A stretch of 58,780 nt of DNA from Kiritimatiellia bacterium (GCA_007125875.1 SLCI01000094.1:1-58780); one strand, 5' to 3'. Counted from the first letter of the stretch, positions 49,605 through 58,780 are shown. Program-made: numbers and translations. Notes: generated from the letters alone by a model not told the origin.

Positions 49605-51827
49605 ATGTCCAAAGTTACCCCATCGCTTGAACGGCGACTAGTCAATTTAATGCAGTCTGCCGGCTATCAACCGCTTAAACAGCACGAGTTGTTGCGTGCG
49701 TTGAATATGAAGTCCGTTACCGGACAGGATATCCGTCATGCGCTCAAATCGCTGGAAGGACGAGGCGAGATTACCCGGCTACGAAAAAATCGGTATGCCC
49801 TCCCCTCCCGCGATAATCAGCTCATCGGTGACCTTTCGGTCCATCCCGATGGATTTGGTTTTGTAACGCAATTGGAGGGAGACGATATATTTATTCCCGC
49901 TCGCATGATGCACAACGCATTGCATGGTGATCGGGTTGAAGTGATTATTACCCGCTCGGCACAAGCGAGGCGTGCGAAGCAACGCCAGGCTAAAAAGACC
50001 GATCGTCCAGATCTCTCGCGGGGCCAGATCGCACGTGTTATTGAAAGACGCTGCACACGACTGGCCGGTCTGTACAAAAAGGCTGCGCGCTATGCGTATG
50101 TCATTCCTGATTCTCCACGCGTCGCACTGAATATCCATGTGCAGAAGTTGGCATCGTCAGCGGAACAAGCGAAAGACGGACACAAGGTTATCGTTGAACT
50201 CAATGATTGGCCTGACCCGCGTGAGGCATTGACTGGTGTAATCGTGGAAGACCTAGGACCTGCTGATGATCCCGGCGTGGCAATGGCCAGCCTGATACGG
50301 GCCCGTGAACTAAATGAGTCCTTTCCCGTATCCGTGGAAAAAAGTGCGAAACGAATGAAAGCAGGTCGCTCAACAATAGCGGATTCAAATCGGCGCGACT
50401 TACGGGATGAGTTTCTCTTCACCATAGATCCGGAAGATGCGCGTGATTTTGATGATGCCGTCTCGTTGAAAACATTGCCGGATGGTCAGTGGCAGTTAGG
50501 CGTCCACATTGCTGATGTGGCAACCTATGTCGAGGCAGACTCCTATATCGATAAGGAAGCCCAACAACGCGCAACAAGCGTGTATCTCGTTGATCGCGTG
50601 ATACAGATGTTGCCACGGCATTTGACCGAACACGTCTGTAGCCTGGTGCCGCATGAGGAGCGATTCGCACACACCATCCGTATGACGATCAGTCCACGAG
50701 GCCAATTAATGTCCATGGAGTCGTTTCCATCGCGCATCAAGTCGGCCGCCCGGTTAACGTATGACGAAGTGCAGGCACATTTAACCGGACAGACGCCTGA
50801 AAAAATCACACCGCCGCTGGGTGAGGCGCTAACACAAATGGACAAACTGGCGAGTTTGCTGCGCCGGCGACGCGCACGCAAAGGTTCCATCTTATTCGAA
50901 ATGCCTGAAGTGCGCTGTGTTTTGAATGAGAATGGCTTGCCGACAGATATCGTTCCGCGGATCAGCTTTCGGGCCTATCACCTGATCGAAGAGTTCATGC
51001 TGATCGCAAATCAAGCAGTTGCGCTGAAGCTATCCGAACATGGTTATCCCACACTGTACCGAATTCACGAACCGCCAGATGATGAACAATGGGAACGCAT
51101 GGCGGCCGATCTGGCATCATTAGGTTTTACTTTGGCGGATACGACCAGCAAGGACATGAATAAAGTCGCTGATGCTGTGGCAGATTCGCCGCTGGCGCAT
51201 ATCATCAACTTGGCTATGCTGCGGAACTTAAAGCGGGCGACGTATTCCGGTCAGCGCGCTGAACACTTTGGTCTGGCCTTTTCGCATTACCTACACTTCA
51301 CGTCGCCCATTCGTCGTTATCCCGACCTCATTACACATCGCGTGTTGAAGGCACTCGAACAAGGGGAACCGCCCCCCTACTCCAAGCGAGAGGTCGCATC
51401 CATCGCCGAACATTGCTCCCGCATGGAGCGGGAAGCCCAAGAGGCGGAACAAGAGAGCGTGGAGTTAAAACGTATTGAGTATTATGCCCGCCAACTTGAG
51501 GAAGGTGCGATTGGGCCGTGGCAGGCTGTGATTACCGGCATGAATGGCCGTGGTCTGCAGGTCGAGCTATTGGACACATTACAGCGCGGCCTGATTCCGT
51601 TTTCCCGCCTACGCGACGATCATTATGCGATAAACGCGCAACGCAATCAGGCGGTCGGACGCAGAACCAGAAACAAATGGAAGCTAGGAGATGTGGCTTC
51701 TGTTGAGTTATTGCGAGTCGACACAGCGCGCAAGCAGATCGAGTTTTCTTTGGCTGAGACTAACGAATCAGATGAATCAACTTCATCTCCTCGCCGTCGC
51801 GCTCGATCTCGAAAACGAAGGCGTTAA
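49605..51827 (+). CDS. rnr: Ribonuclease R
   Basis: The RNB catalytic region carries TIDPEDARDFDDAVS and HFGLA...YLHFTSPIRRYPDL. A C-terminal S1 domain and a basic tail SPRRRARSRKRRR follow. Confidence 0.95.
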   Translation: MSKVTPSLERRLVNLMQSAGYQPLKQHELLRALNMKSVTGQDIRHALKSLEGRGEITRLRKNRYALPSRDNQLIGDLSVHPDGFGFVTQLEGDDIFIPARMMHNALHGDRVEVIITRSAQARRAKQRQAKKTDRPDLSRGQIARVIERRCTRLAGLYKKAARYAYVIPDSPRVALNIHVQKLASSAEQAKDGHKVIVELNDWPDPREALTGVIVEDLGPADDPGVAMASLIRARELNESFPVSVEKSAKRMKAGRSTIADSNRRDLRDEFLFTIDPEDARDFDDAVSLKTLPDGQWQLGVHIADVATYVEADSYIDKEAQQRATSVYLVDRVIQMLPRHLTEHVCSLVPHEERFAHTIRMTISPRGQLMSMESFPSRIKSAARLTYDEVQAHLTGQTPEKITPPLGEALTQMDKLASLLRRRRARKGSILFEMPEVRCVLNENGLPTDIVPRISFRAYHLIEEFMLIANQAVALKLSEHGYPTLYRIHEPPDDEQWERMAADLASLGFTLADTTSKDMNKVADAVADSPLAHIINLAMLRNLKRATYSGQRAEHFGLAFSHYLHFTSPIRRYPDLITHRVLKALEQGEPPPYSKREVASIAEHCSRMEREAQEAEQESVELKRIEYYARQLEEGAIGPWQAVITGMNGRGLQVELLDTLQRGLIPFSRLRDDHYAINAQRNQAVGRRTRNKWKLGDVASVELLRVDTARKQIEFSLAETNESDESTSSPRRRARSRKRRR

Positions 51828-52704
51828 TGCGCCCACTCATAAATTCCCGGATGAAATACTGGGCACGATTCGGGCTGGTCATAGGCATTGAATTTACCAG
51901 CCTAACAATATCGCCATTTTGGAAGCCTGCTGCTTCGTAAAGTGCGTTTTCGCCCAGCATATCGAGCTGAAATCCGGTAATCTCATCTTCATCATCGAAT
52001 ACAGGCGGCATCGCCAAAAATAGCTGAGTTAGCCGCTCCGGATCGTCTTGCAATTCGTCTGCGTATTCGAGCAAAGCGTCGCGCTGCAATATCCAGCGAT
52101 TTTCGTCAATCCTGCGACCGAAGGCATTCTCCTCCAAAGAAGGCAAGTCCTCAAATCTCAATGGCACTCCGTCTTGAGACATGCTGGGTTGATCACTTGC
52201 CGCACCAGCTCGGGGCTCAGCTGAGGCATCGGTAAAGCTGAGCCAGAGATCTTCTTCATCCACGCCTTCCCGCAAAATGATGCGGTCGCGATAGATCTGA
52301 ACCACTTCGACACCCTCCAAATCGTCTCCTTCACGTACTAGCCGCTGCCGATTCTGACGCAAATCATCGATGATTGCTCGACGCGCGTCGGATTGGGGAT
52401 CAAGTTGATCACCGGGATAGGCGAAAAACGTGCCGGCCAATCGAAACCGTTGAGCCAAAGGGCCGGCCGTTGGTGTTGGAGCCGCGTCAGTATGGCGAAG
52501 CACGGCCCATTGATCAGGAGGTATCAATTCAGACGAACTCCATGAAAAGGTATCCATCGGAGTCGCAGGAGATGACGCAGATTCCTCGGGTGAGATATTT
52601 GGCCATGTATAGATCAGCGCAGCAACGATTGCTCCCAAGATGACAATCGCCAAAACGGCGCCCCATCTGCTGATTCGCAACCACTGATAAACCGAAACAT
52701 TCAT
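51760..52704 (-). CDS. GspC-like protein (N-terminal TM anchor, acidic/Pro-rich linker, C-terminal PDZ-like domain)
   Basis: The TM is WGAVLAIVILGAIVAALIY. The C-terminal segment ITGFQLDMLGENALYEAAGFQNGDIVRLVNSMPM...FEIERDGEE resembles the GspC PDZ region. No other T2SS genes lie nearby. Confidence 0.45.
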   Translation of the reverse strand: MNVSVYQWLRISRWGAVLAIVILGAIVAALIYTWPNISPEESASSPATPMDTFSWSSSELIPPDQWAVLRHTDAAPTPTAGPLAQRFRLAGTFFAYPGDQLDPQSDARRAIIDDLRQNRQRLVREGDDLEGVEVVQIYRDRIILREGVDEEDLWLSFTDASAEPRAGAASDQPSMSQDGVPLRFEDLPSLEENAFGRRIDENRWILQRDALLEYADELQDDPERLTQLFLAMPPVFDDEDEITGFQLDMLGENALYEAAGFQNGDIVRLVNSMPMTSPNRAQYFIREFMSGRINAFVFEIERDGEEMKLIHLIR

Positions 52705-52709
52705 ATAAA

Positions 52710-53092
52710 TACGATTGGGCTGGCTATAAGCCGGATTCTGTCCCGTTAAACGGTATCGATCATTTATCTATGCAATCAACCCGGAACTTCATTTGCCGAA
52801 GCAAAAGTGAGGCGGGCCGCCTCTCGCTCCCTATTTGATCTTGCTCCAGATGGGGTTTACCCTGCCCCCTTCGTTGCCTCCGGGGCGGTGGTCTCTTACA
52901 CCACCTTTTCACCCTTACCTCGACATTCGCCTAACGGCGCGGTCGAGGCGGTATATTTTCTGCGGCACTTTCCGTCCCTTTCGATCTAGCGAAAGGTCCT
53001 CCCGTTCTTAGCGAAAGCATCCTGCCCTATGGAGTCCGGACTTTCCTCCACGCGTCCAAAAACGCGCAGCGATCGACCGCCAACCCAATCAA
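52710..53092 (-). ncRNA. rnpB: RNase P RNA, bacterial type A
   Basis: The reverse complement contains GGAGGAAAGTCCGGACTCCATAGGGCAGGATGC, GGTAAGGGTGAAAAGGTGGTGTAAGAGACCACC, GGTAAACCCCATCTGGAGCAAGATCAAATAGGG and ACAGAATCCGGCTTATAG. The P1 helix is formed by GATTGGGTTGGC (5') and GCCAGCCCAATC (3'). The ends are accurate to about +/-5 nt. Confidence 0.95.
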
Positions 53093-53108
53093 TTTAAAAT
53101 GTACGTCT

Positions 53109-53813
53109 TTACGGAATGTTATACAACATTCGGCCGCAATACATACAAAGCGTCATACTATCCAAGCGCCTCGCATCATGCGCCGCTTGTGGAGGCAGTT
53201 TCATGTGACAGCCCCCGCACGCCCCGTTCTCGACCGAAACAACGGCAAAGTCTTTGAGGTGTGCAAACAAGCGGTCATAACGCGATAACCATTCAGGGTC
53301 CATGGCCTCTGCCAAGTTCGCCCGATCCGCGTTGACTTCATCGAGCTCCTTTTGCAGGTTGGCGACGCGCTGCTTGAATTGCTCCATATCAACCGCGACG
53401 ACCTGCTCTTCTTCCTTGAGCGCTGCCTGCTTGGTATCACATACCTGCTCTAGCTGCTCCAAGGCCTCCATGATATCAAGCTGCCGCTCCTCGAGTGCGG
53501 CGATTTCTTTGGTCTGAGCTTCAATCTGTTTTTCAAACGCCTTGTAGTCGTCGTTGTTCTTGACCTCAAACTGTTGTTGACGGAACTTTCGAATCCGCTC
53601 TTGCCTCTGTTCAATCTGAGATTCGATATCTTTTTGTTCGAGGCCTTTCTTGCGAATGTCCTCTTCGGCATCATGAAGAGCCTTCTTGTGAGAGTCGAGT
53701 TGGGCCTCGATTAGGCGCTGACGTTGTGGCAAATCCTCAATCTCTCGTTCGAGCCGATTGATTCTCCGATCACGATCTTGAATTACAAGTAAATCTTCAA
53801 TTTTTGATGACAC
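53109..53813 (-). CDS. Coiled-coil protein with a C-terminal C4 zinc ribbon (COG1579/DUF164-like)
   Basis: The ORF is 234 aa. A long heptad-rich E/K/Q region is followed by CGGCHMKLPPQ...CMYCGRMLY. Confidence 0.8.
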   Translation of the reverse strand: MSSKIEDLLVIQDRDRRINRLEREIEDLPQRQRLIEAQLDSHKKALHDAEEDIRKKGLEQKDIESQIEQRQERIRKFRQQQFEVKNNDDYKAFEKQIEAQTKEIAALEERQLDIMEALEQLEQVCDTKQAALKEEEQVVAVDMEQFKQRVANLQKELDEVNADRANLAEAMDPEWLSRYDRLFAHLKDFAVVSVENGACGGCHMKLPPQAAHDARRLDSMTLCMYCGRMLYNIP

Positions 53814-53871
53814 GAACGCTCCTTTGAGTATGAATCCTCGGTACTCTAAAGAGCGTACCGATGCAAGTCAA

Positions 53872-55290
53872 TCAGGCGTTCGCCTCAATCTGCATACGCC
53901 AAGACTTCGCCTCCGCGCTTTCTACGGCTGCCGCAGCTGCAATGCGATGGCCCGGTATCCACAGAATTTCTTCGCGACAAACGATTAATGGGATGAGATG
54001 CCGCAGGTCGCGTGAAATTTTGTTATCCGTAAATATGTCCTGCACCTTGCGTCGTCTGCCGCCCACCGGATGAAAGCGGTCACCGGGTCGCCAAGCTCGC
54101 ACGGACAGTCTATCCCTGCCGATATAGCGTGCGGAAAGGTATGCCGAAACTGGCCAAATACCCATGCCATAAGCGGGTTCACGTCCGAATCCCTTCGCCT
54201 GCTCTACCGCGATCGTGACGGAGAAGTTTTGCAGTGGTGTGATGCCCGGTTTCTCCAGCTGAATGATATCGTCATTATGACGATCTGCGCGATTATCTGA
54301 GTGCATCGGCAAAAACAAGAGACGATCATAGGTGCGCCGTGCGGTCCCCCACCCTAGCGAACTTTCCGCACTACCAGAAGACGTTGCACAGAGTGACAGC
54401 ACCTGAGTCACATCCGAGGCAGAGGGCGTTGACGGCCCTTTTTGACACTGCTCTTGCAGCCAATACCGTACGACCAACACTTGCTTCGATTCCGAAAGCT
54501 TGCGAAGGGCGACCAAGTCCAGTACACGCCCCTCTCGGATACACTTCATGAGATCGGCTGCGATTGTCTCTCTCAATACTGACTTCTCATGGCGCAAATT
54601 CGTTGCCGTGCGTGAGAGCACGTTAACCATTTGAGGATTGAACCGAGCAGACAAAAGCGGAAGCAGTTCTGCACGGACACGATTGCGCATGAATGACGGG
54701 TCACTGTTCGTCGTATCCTCTCGCCACTCCAGACCGCGCCGATGCAAATATTCGATCAATTCCTTTTTGGGGACTGACAACAAGGGACGAACAATCAGTA
54801 GCCCATCGCGACGAACCATAGTCTCCATACCCGAGAGTCCGTCTGAACCTGTGCCACGCAGCAAATTGAGTAAAACGGTCTCTGCCTGATCATCCTGTGT
54901 GTGACCCAGTGCAACGCAGTCATACTTATGACGTTTGACCAGCTCGGTGTAGAATTGATAGCGCAACTGGCGTGCCGCCATCTCTACTGAAAGCCCAGGT
55001 TTGCCTTTCGCAGTTGCCGCTACGTCTACGCGGCGCGAATGAACCTTTATGCCTCGTTGCTTGCATTCTGCTTTGACCCAGCGCGCATCCGCTGCGCTGG
55101 CTTTGCCTCGCAGGCCGTGGTCTAAATGTGCAACCGTAAGCTTCCAACCATTCTTTTGCGCCCCCTCTTGTAATAGCGCAAGCAAGGCCATTGAATCGGA
55201 ACCACCGGATACACCAATCAGTATACGCGCTTCGCGCGGAAGAATGCCTTGTTCAACGATGTGCCGCAGTAGTTTGGAGTAATGGCCCAT
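53872..55290 (-). CDS. tilS: tRNA(Ile)-lysidine synthase
   Basis: It has the PP-loop ILIGVSGGSDSMALL, then VAHLDHGLRG and GHTQDDQAET motifs, and the C-terminal TilS domain. Confidence 0.93.
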   Translation of the reverse strand: MGHYSKLLRHIVEQGILPREARILIGVSGGSDSMALLALLQEGAQKNGWKLTVAHLDHGLRGKASAADARWVKAECKQRGIKVHSRRVDVAATAKGKPGLSVEMAARQLRYQFYTELVKRHKYDCVALGHTQDDQAETVLLNLLRGTGSDGLSGMETMVRRDGLLIVRPLLSVPKKELIEYLHRRGLEWREDTTNSDPSFMRNRVRAELLPLLSARFNPQMVNVLSRTATNLRHEKSVLRETIAADLMKCIREGRVLDLVALRKLSESKQVLVVRYWLQEQCQKGPSTPSASDVTQVLSLCATSSGSAESSLGWGTARRTYDRLLFLPMHSDNRADRHNDDIIQLEKPGITPLQNFSVTIAVEQAKGFGREPAYGMGIWPVSAYLSARYIGRDRLSVRAWRPGDRFHPVGGRRRKVQDIFTDNKISRDLRHLIPLIVCREEILWIPGHRIAAAAAVESAEAKSWRMQIEANA

Positions 55291-55303
55291 CTGGCTTCAC
55301 GCC

Positions 55304-56575
55304 TCACGACGGCGTAATACGCTCCAACCCACCCATATATGGAATGAGCGCTTCGGGAATCGCTACGCTGCCGTCTGCTTCCTGATAGTTTTCGAGAATG
55401 GCAACAAATAACCGAGCCAGTGCCACGCCTGAGCCATTTAACGTGTGGACAAGGCGAGGTTTTCCACCCTCTGGACGGTGTCGAATGCGGGCGCGACGAG
55501 CTTGAAAATCTTCGAAGTTGCTGCAGGAAGATACTTCCAACCAGTCCTGCTGACCGGGCGCCCACAATTCAATATCGTAGCAGCGCGCGGCCGCAAAGCT
55601 CAGATCACCGGTACACAATTCCCGAATTCGATAATGCAGACCGAGTCGCTGTAAAATCGTCTCAGCATGGCCCAACAGCAACTCGAGTTCGTTGTACGAA
55701 TTCTCCGGCTCAACAAATCGCACCAACTCGACTTTATCAAACTGATGAATTCGAATCAGGCCGCGCGTATCCCGTCCCGCTGCACCCGCTTCACGCCGGA
55801 AGCAGGGTGTGTAGGCTACGAAGCCAATCGGTAACTCACCGTCAATGATCTCGTCCCGGTATAGATTGGTGACAGGCACTTCTGCGGTGGGAATCAGATA
55901 GAGCGAATCGGCCGGAACCGTGTACATGTCTTCGGCCATCTTGGGCAACTGTCCCGTTCCCGTCATCGTTTCCGTATTGCACATAAAAGGCGGACTGATT
56001 TCCGTATAGCCATGCTCACGCGTATGCATATCCAGCATGAACTGAATCAGTGCGCGTTCCAGCTTCGCCCCTACGCCGGTGTAAACGACGAATCCCGCGC
56101 CACTGAGTTTTGTGCCACGCGCAAAATCAACCAGACCGAGGCGCTCGGCCAGCTCAACGTGCGTGGTCGGGTCAAAATCAAATGAAGGAGCCTCGCCCTC
56201 TGTTCGCACCAATACATTGTCCGCATCGTCAGCGCCGATCGGCGTGTGCGAACTGGGTAGATTCGGTATCGTCAGCAATCGTTGGGTCAGTTCCTGATCA
56301 ATTGTTCGGATACGCTGATCAAGGTCACTGATCTGCTGGCCCAAAGCGCGCACCTGTGCTTGCACGGCCTCGGTATCTTCACCAGCCTTCTTGCGTTGGC
56401 CAATTTCCTTTGATGCCGTATTACGCTCCTGTTTCAGCCGTTCGACCTCCTGCAAGCCGTTGCGGCGCTCTTGATCTAACGCCAGTAGACCATCCAAATC
56501 GACCTCTGCGCGCCGATTGGCCAAAGCCGTCCGAACCGCATCAACATTTTCGCGAATAAAACGAATATCTAGCAT
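55304..56575 (-). CDS. serS: Seryl-tRNA synthetase
   Basis: The N-terminus is MLDIRFIRENVD in a coiled-coil arm. Class II motifs follow: FRREAG, HQFDKVE and GSGVALARL. Confidence 0.96.
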   Translation of the reverse strand: MLDIRFIRENVDAVRTALANRRAEVDLDGLLALDQERRNGLQEVERLKQERNTASKEIGQRKKAGEDTEAVQAQVRALGQQISDLDQRIRTIDQELTQRLLTIPNLPSSHTPIGADDADNVLVRTEGEAPSFDFDPTTHVELAERLGLVDFARGTKLSGAGFVVYTGVGAKLERALIQFMLDMHTREHGYTEISPPFMCNTETMTGTGQLPKMAEDMYTVPADSLYLIPTAEVPVTNLYRDEIIDGELPIGFVAYTPCFRREAGAAGRDTRGLIRIHQFDKVELVRFVEPENSYNELELLLGHAETILQRLGLHYRIRELCTGDLSFAAARCYDIELWAPGQQDWLEVSSCSNFEDFQARRARIRHRPEGGKPRLVHTLNGSGVALARLFVAILENYQEADGSVAIPEALIPYMGGLERITPS

Positions 56576-56601
56576 GCTTCAACTCTCAACTAATAATGCG
56601 A

Positions 56602-57222
56602 CTAGTCCCGAACGATTAAGAATGGGCTGTCTGCGAATAAGGATACGCCACGTGCCACGGCATTTTCTTGCACCCGCTTTAGTGAGGGCGGATCGAAATT
56701 TCGTCCCATCGCATCCAACTCTTCGATGGTGCGATATGCCCACAGCGCCGAGTGCGGGTTAGGAACGAGTGGCGCATCGAACAACAGCCCGTAAGCGCGC
56801 ATCGTTAATTTTTCCAAGCGGCGCAACAAGGTTTCTTCATCATCCGTCCAAATAGCACCGGCGTTTATAATCGCAATATCCAGATCGTAGTTATAGATCG
56901 AATGCTCAGAGAACGGATTGGATTCCGCGACGATGATGACCCATGCGGCATCCGTAGCATACCCTTGATCCACGATCGCGGCGGGCAAATCGGCCAGTGC
57001 GGCAATATCATCTGGCTGTTCCAGGTCCCGTATCTGTACAGGCAGTGCTGCATTCCATTCAACAAAGTGACGGATACGCTCGAGCTGATCAGATGATAAA
57101 TCGCCTACCACCGAAAGGCCCACACTTGTTGTCGACGCAGTCTCCGCTACGTGGTCATTGCTCCACGCACCTTGGCTTAACCCAATAACGACCAAGGCAA
57201 ACAACCAATAACGCTTCTTCAT
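56602..57222 (-). CDS. Secreted hypothetical protein (possible degenerate archaemetzincin-like fold)
   Basis: The signal peptide MKKRYWLFALVVIGLSQGAWS begins at ATG 57222; the ORF opens at 57300. The family suggestion rests only on by-eye similarity around RAYGLLFDAPLVPNPHSALW. Confidence 0.5.
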   Translation of the reverse strand: MKKRYWLFALVVIGLSQGAWSNDHVAETASTTSVGLSVVGDLSSDQLERIRHFVEWNAALPVQIRDLEQPDDIAALADLPAAIVDQGYATDAAWVIIVAESNPFSEHSIYNYDLDIAIINAGAIWTDDEETLLRRLEKLTMRAYGLLFDAPLVPNPHSALWAYRTIEELDAMGRNFDPPSLKRVQENAVARGVSLFADSPFLIVRD

Positions 57223-57305
57223 AAAGTGATAATTCTCCAGCAATACTTCTAAACACCTAACGTGAGCGCGGATGATATGCGCAACCCGTCGAAAATGCAA
57301 ATAGC

Positions 57306-58780
57306 CTATCGCATCCGCGGTTCATCTATCAGCACGGGTTCGATCCCTATATGTCGCACAAAAAGTTGGGCACCATTGACTGGCTCTCCGCCACCAATCG
57401 TGATGATCGACTCGCCCGGCGATAAGGTAAGTCGTTTCCGTTGTTCTGCAAATTGTTGAGCAGGAAACGTCCACATCGTTCGATCGCCAATCCGGACGCG
57501 TCTCTGACTCGGAACAGCGGCTCCTTGCACGAGCAGCTCAACCTCTATGGGCGCATCCGCAAAATTATAGAGATGTAGATACGCCGAGTGATCCAGCACG
57601 CGATATTCCTCCGAAAAGTTTCCGGTTTGCTGCCAGGGTTTAAGGTAGCCCCAGCCTTGCCCATAACGAATCCACGTCTGGTGTCCCTGCGCCTGCTTTC
57701 GTTGCACTTGGTCCTCGGGCAGATCAAAAAAGAGATCGATGACCAACCGATTGGTCATGGGCTCATGAAAGTCTGTAACCGATACGAAGCCCCTCTCCCG
57801 TAGCCATAAACCGGGAGTATTTTTGATTACGGCATGTTGTGAAAAATAGGATGCAGGCCATTCCCAAATGCCTTCTCGTCGCCAATGATTTTTCGTTAAT
57901 CGTAAGAAGCCCTGTGCACGACCTTCTTCGATATAACGCCGTGTAACCTCTCGCCAGCGATTCTGTAAATAGGCTTCATAGGGTTCATCCGGCACGGTAA
58001 ACGTGACATGGACATTTGTGGTGGCATGAGTCGCCATCTCGTTCCATGGCTCAAACCAGCGATCAACAACGACCACAGAGCCCGGTGCCAATACCTCGTC
58101 CAGCTGAGCTTGTAGAAGCCGATACGGCGTCGGTTTACCATCTAAGTGAATAATGTGCCAGGCCGGCAACCAGAACGCGCCAGCCAATATGACAGCAAAG
58201 CCTGTGATGACTGCTCCGGACACTCTACTGGACGGAATTAAGTGTTTTAGCGCGTGCACGATCATGACGCTGCACCAGATGATAAATAGTGGCCAATACG
58301 AGGAGAAGTACACGACCTTCGCTGCCCCACCGCCAACCAGCGAGACATAGGCCAGACCGCCGAGTAACCCGACCAGGAACAACAGTGTCAGATTGCGAAT
58401 AGCTTGATCAGTACGCCAGCGTGCACGCGCCACCACGATGAAGGCTCCGATGGCTAGCGCTACCAGTAACCAGCCGAACCAATTCGCGCCACCGGCGAAA
58501 AATGGTAGCAACCGACTCAGGACCCAAGCCAACTCTCCGCCAATGTGTCCCCCTCGTTCCTCAACCGATAAGGCTTCTTGCACTGCTCGAATAATCCAGC
58601 GGGCCATTAAGGCCGCGAGCACAAGACTGGCTATGCCGAAGTCGCGATAAAACGCAGAACGTTGATCCGCTGTCAGCTGCTTGACTGCAATCGTGAGTAG
58701 AAGGCCCCATTGGACGGCCGCAAACATCCAAAACGAGAGATGCATGTGACATGCGAGTAGCAGCCAGAGAGCCCACCAAA
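57306..58780 (-). CDS. Polytopic membrane protein with a large C-terminal soluble domain, unknown function; the 5' end probably lies outside the window
   Basis: It has about 8 TM segments followed by a ~270-aa hydrophilic domain. The frame stays open and hydrophobic (WWALWLLLACH) upstream of the first in-window Met at 58745, so the gene likely continues past 58780. Confidence 0.6.
   Translation of the reverse strand, partial: WWALWLLLACHMHLSFWMFAAVQWGLLLTIAVKQLTADQRSAFYRDFGIASLVLAALMARWIIRAVQEALSVEERGGHIGGELAWVLSRLLPFFAGGANWFGWLLVALAIGAFIVVARARWRTDQAIRNLTLLFLVGLLGGLAYVSLVGGGAAKVVYFSSYWPLFIIWCSVMIVHALKHLIPSSRVSGAVITGFAVILAGAFWLPAWHIIHLDGKPTPYRLLQAQLDEVLAPGSVVVVDRWFEPWNEMATHATTNVHVTFTVPDEPYEAYLQNRWREVTRRYIEEGRAQGFLRLTKNHWRREGIWEWPASYFSQHAVIKNTPGLWLRERGFVSVTDFHEPMTNRLVIDLFFDLPEDQVQRKQAQGHQTWIRYGQGWGYLKPWQQTGNFSEEYRVLDHSAYLHLYNFADAPIEVELLVQGAAVPSQRRVRIGDRTMWTFPAQQFAEQRKRLTLSPGESIITIGGGEPVNGAQLFVRHIGIEPVLIDEPRMR

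Noticed and set aside
52807-52989. A 60-aa ORF (MRRAASRSLFDLAPDGVYPAPFVASGAVVSYTTFSPLP...) on the plus strand.
   Set aside because: It lies entirely antisense to the confidently identified RNase P RNA. This kind of translation is a recurrent spurious ORF opposite rnpB.

Overview
This 58.8-kb window is a densely packed chromosomal segment with about 55 protein genes, one clear RNA gene and no mobile-element, phage, CRISPR or tRNA signatures. Gene content and repeat style suggest an aerobic Gram-negative organism, possibly Verrucomicrobiota or another PVC-group lineage, but that is inference only. Most genes are housekeeping. In window order they are: a nupC-family 3' fragment; carB-guaA-carA; an Fpg/Nei glycosylase; a YqaA-like protein and an ABC exporter; grx-sufE-Tat-SOD; a tight GH31/DUF4139-like/TM/YceH/zincin operon; AKR, SRAP and NPP genes; a WaaP-like kinase-fold ORF with lipoproteins; an EEP nuclease; GT4-rsmD-coaD-yceD-rpmF-plsX-fabHDG-acpP-fabF; and maf. 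A 13-gene respiratory block follows, made of alternative complex III (actABCDEF plus a small TM subunit), SCO, caa3 oxidase (ctaCDEF) and ctaB. The window ends with glgA, rnr, an orphan GspC-like PDZ protein, RNase P RNA (rnpB, minus strand), a COG1579 zinc-ribbon protein, tilS, serS and two unknown exported or membrane proteins. I see no unambiguous new multi-gene system such as a defence island. The features least explained by the annotation are these. (1) Four perfect palindromes, TTCCAA-N3-TTGGAA, are phased every 31-32 bp in the guaA-carB spacer. (2) The nupC-carB spacer holds a roughly 355-bp tandem duplication whose 116-bp core is near-identical while its flanks have diverged; it carries hexamer microsatellites and hairpins with conserved stems and variable apices. 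Modules of the same family recur near 10.3-10.6 kb. (3) The five-gene GH31-to-zincin operon contains three or four proteins of unknown function. (4) There are several active-site oddities: a Nei homologue with Ser in place of the catalytic N-terminal Pro, a possible inactive archaemetzincin-like protein, and a WaaP-like kinase fold. All functional calls come from reading motifs by eye. No database search was run.
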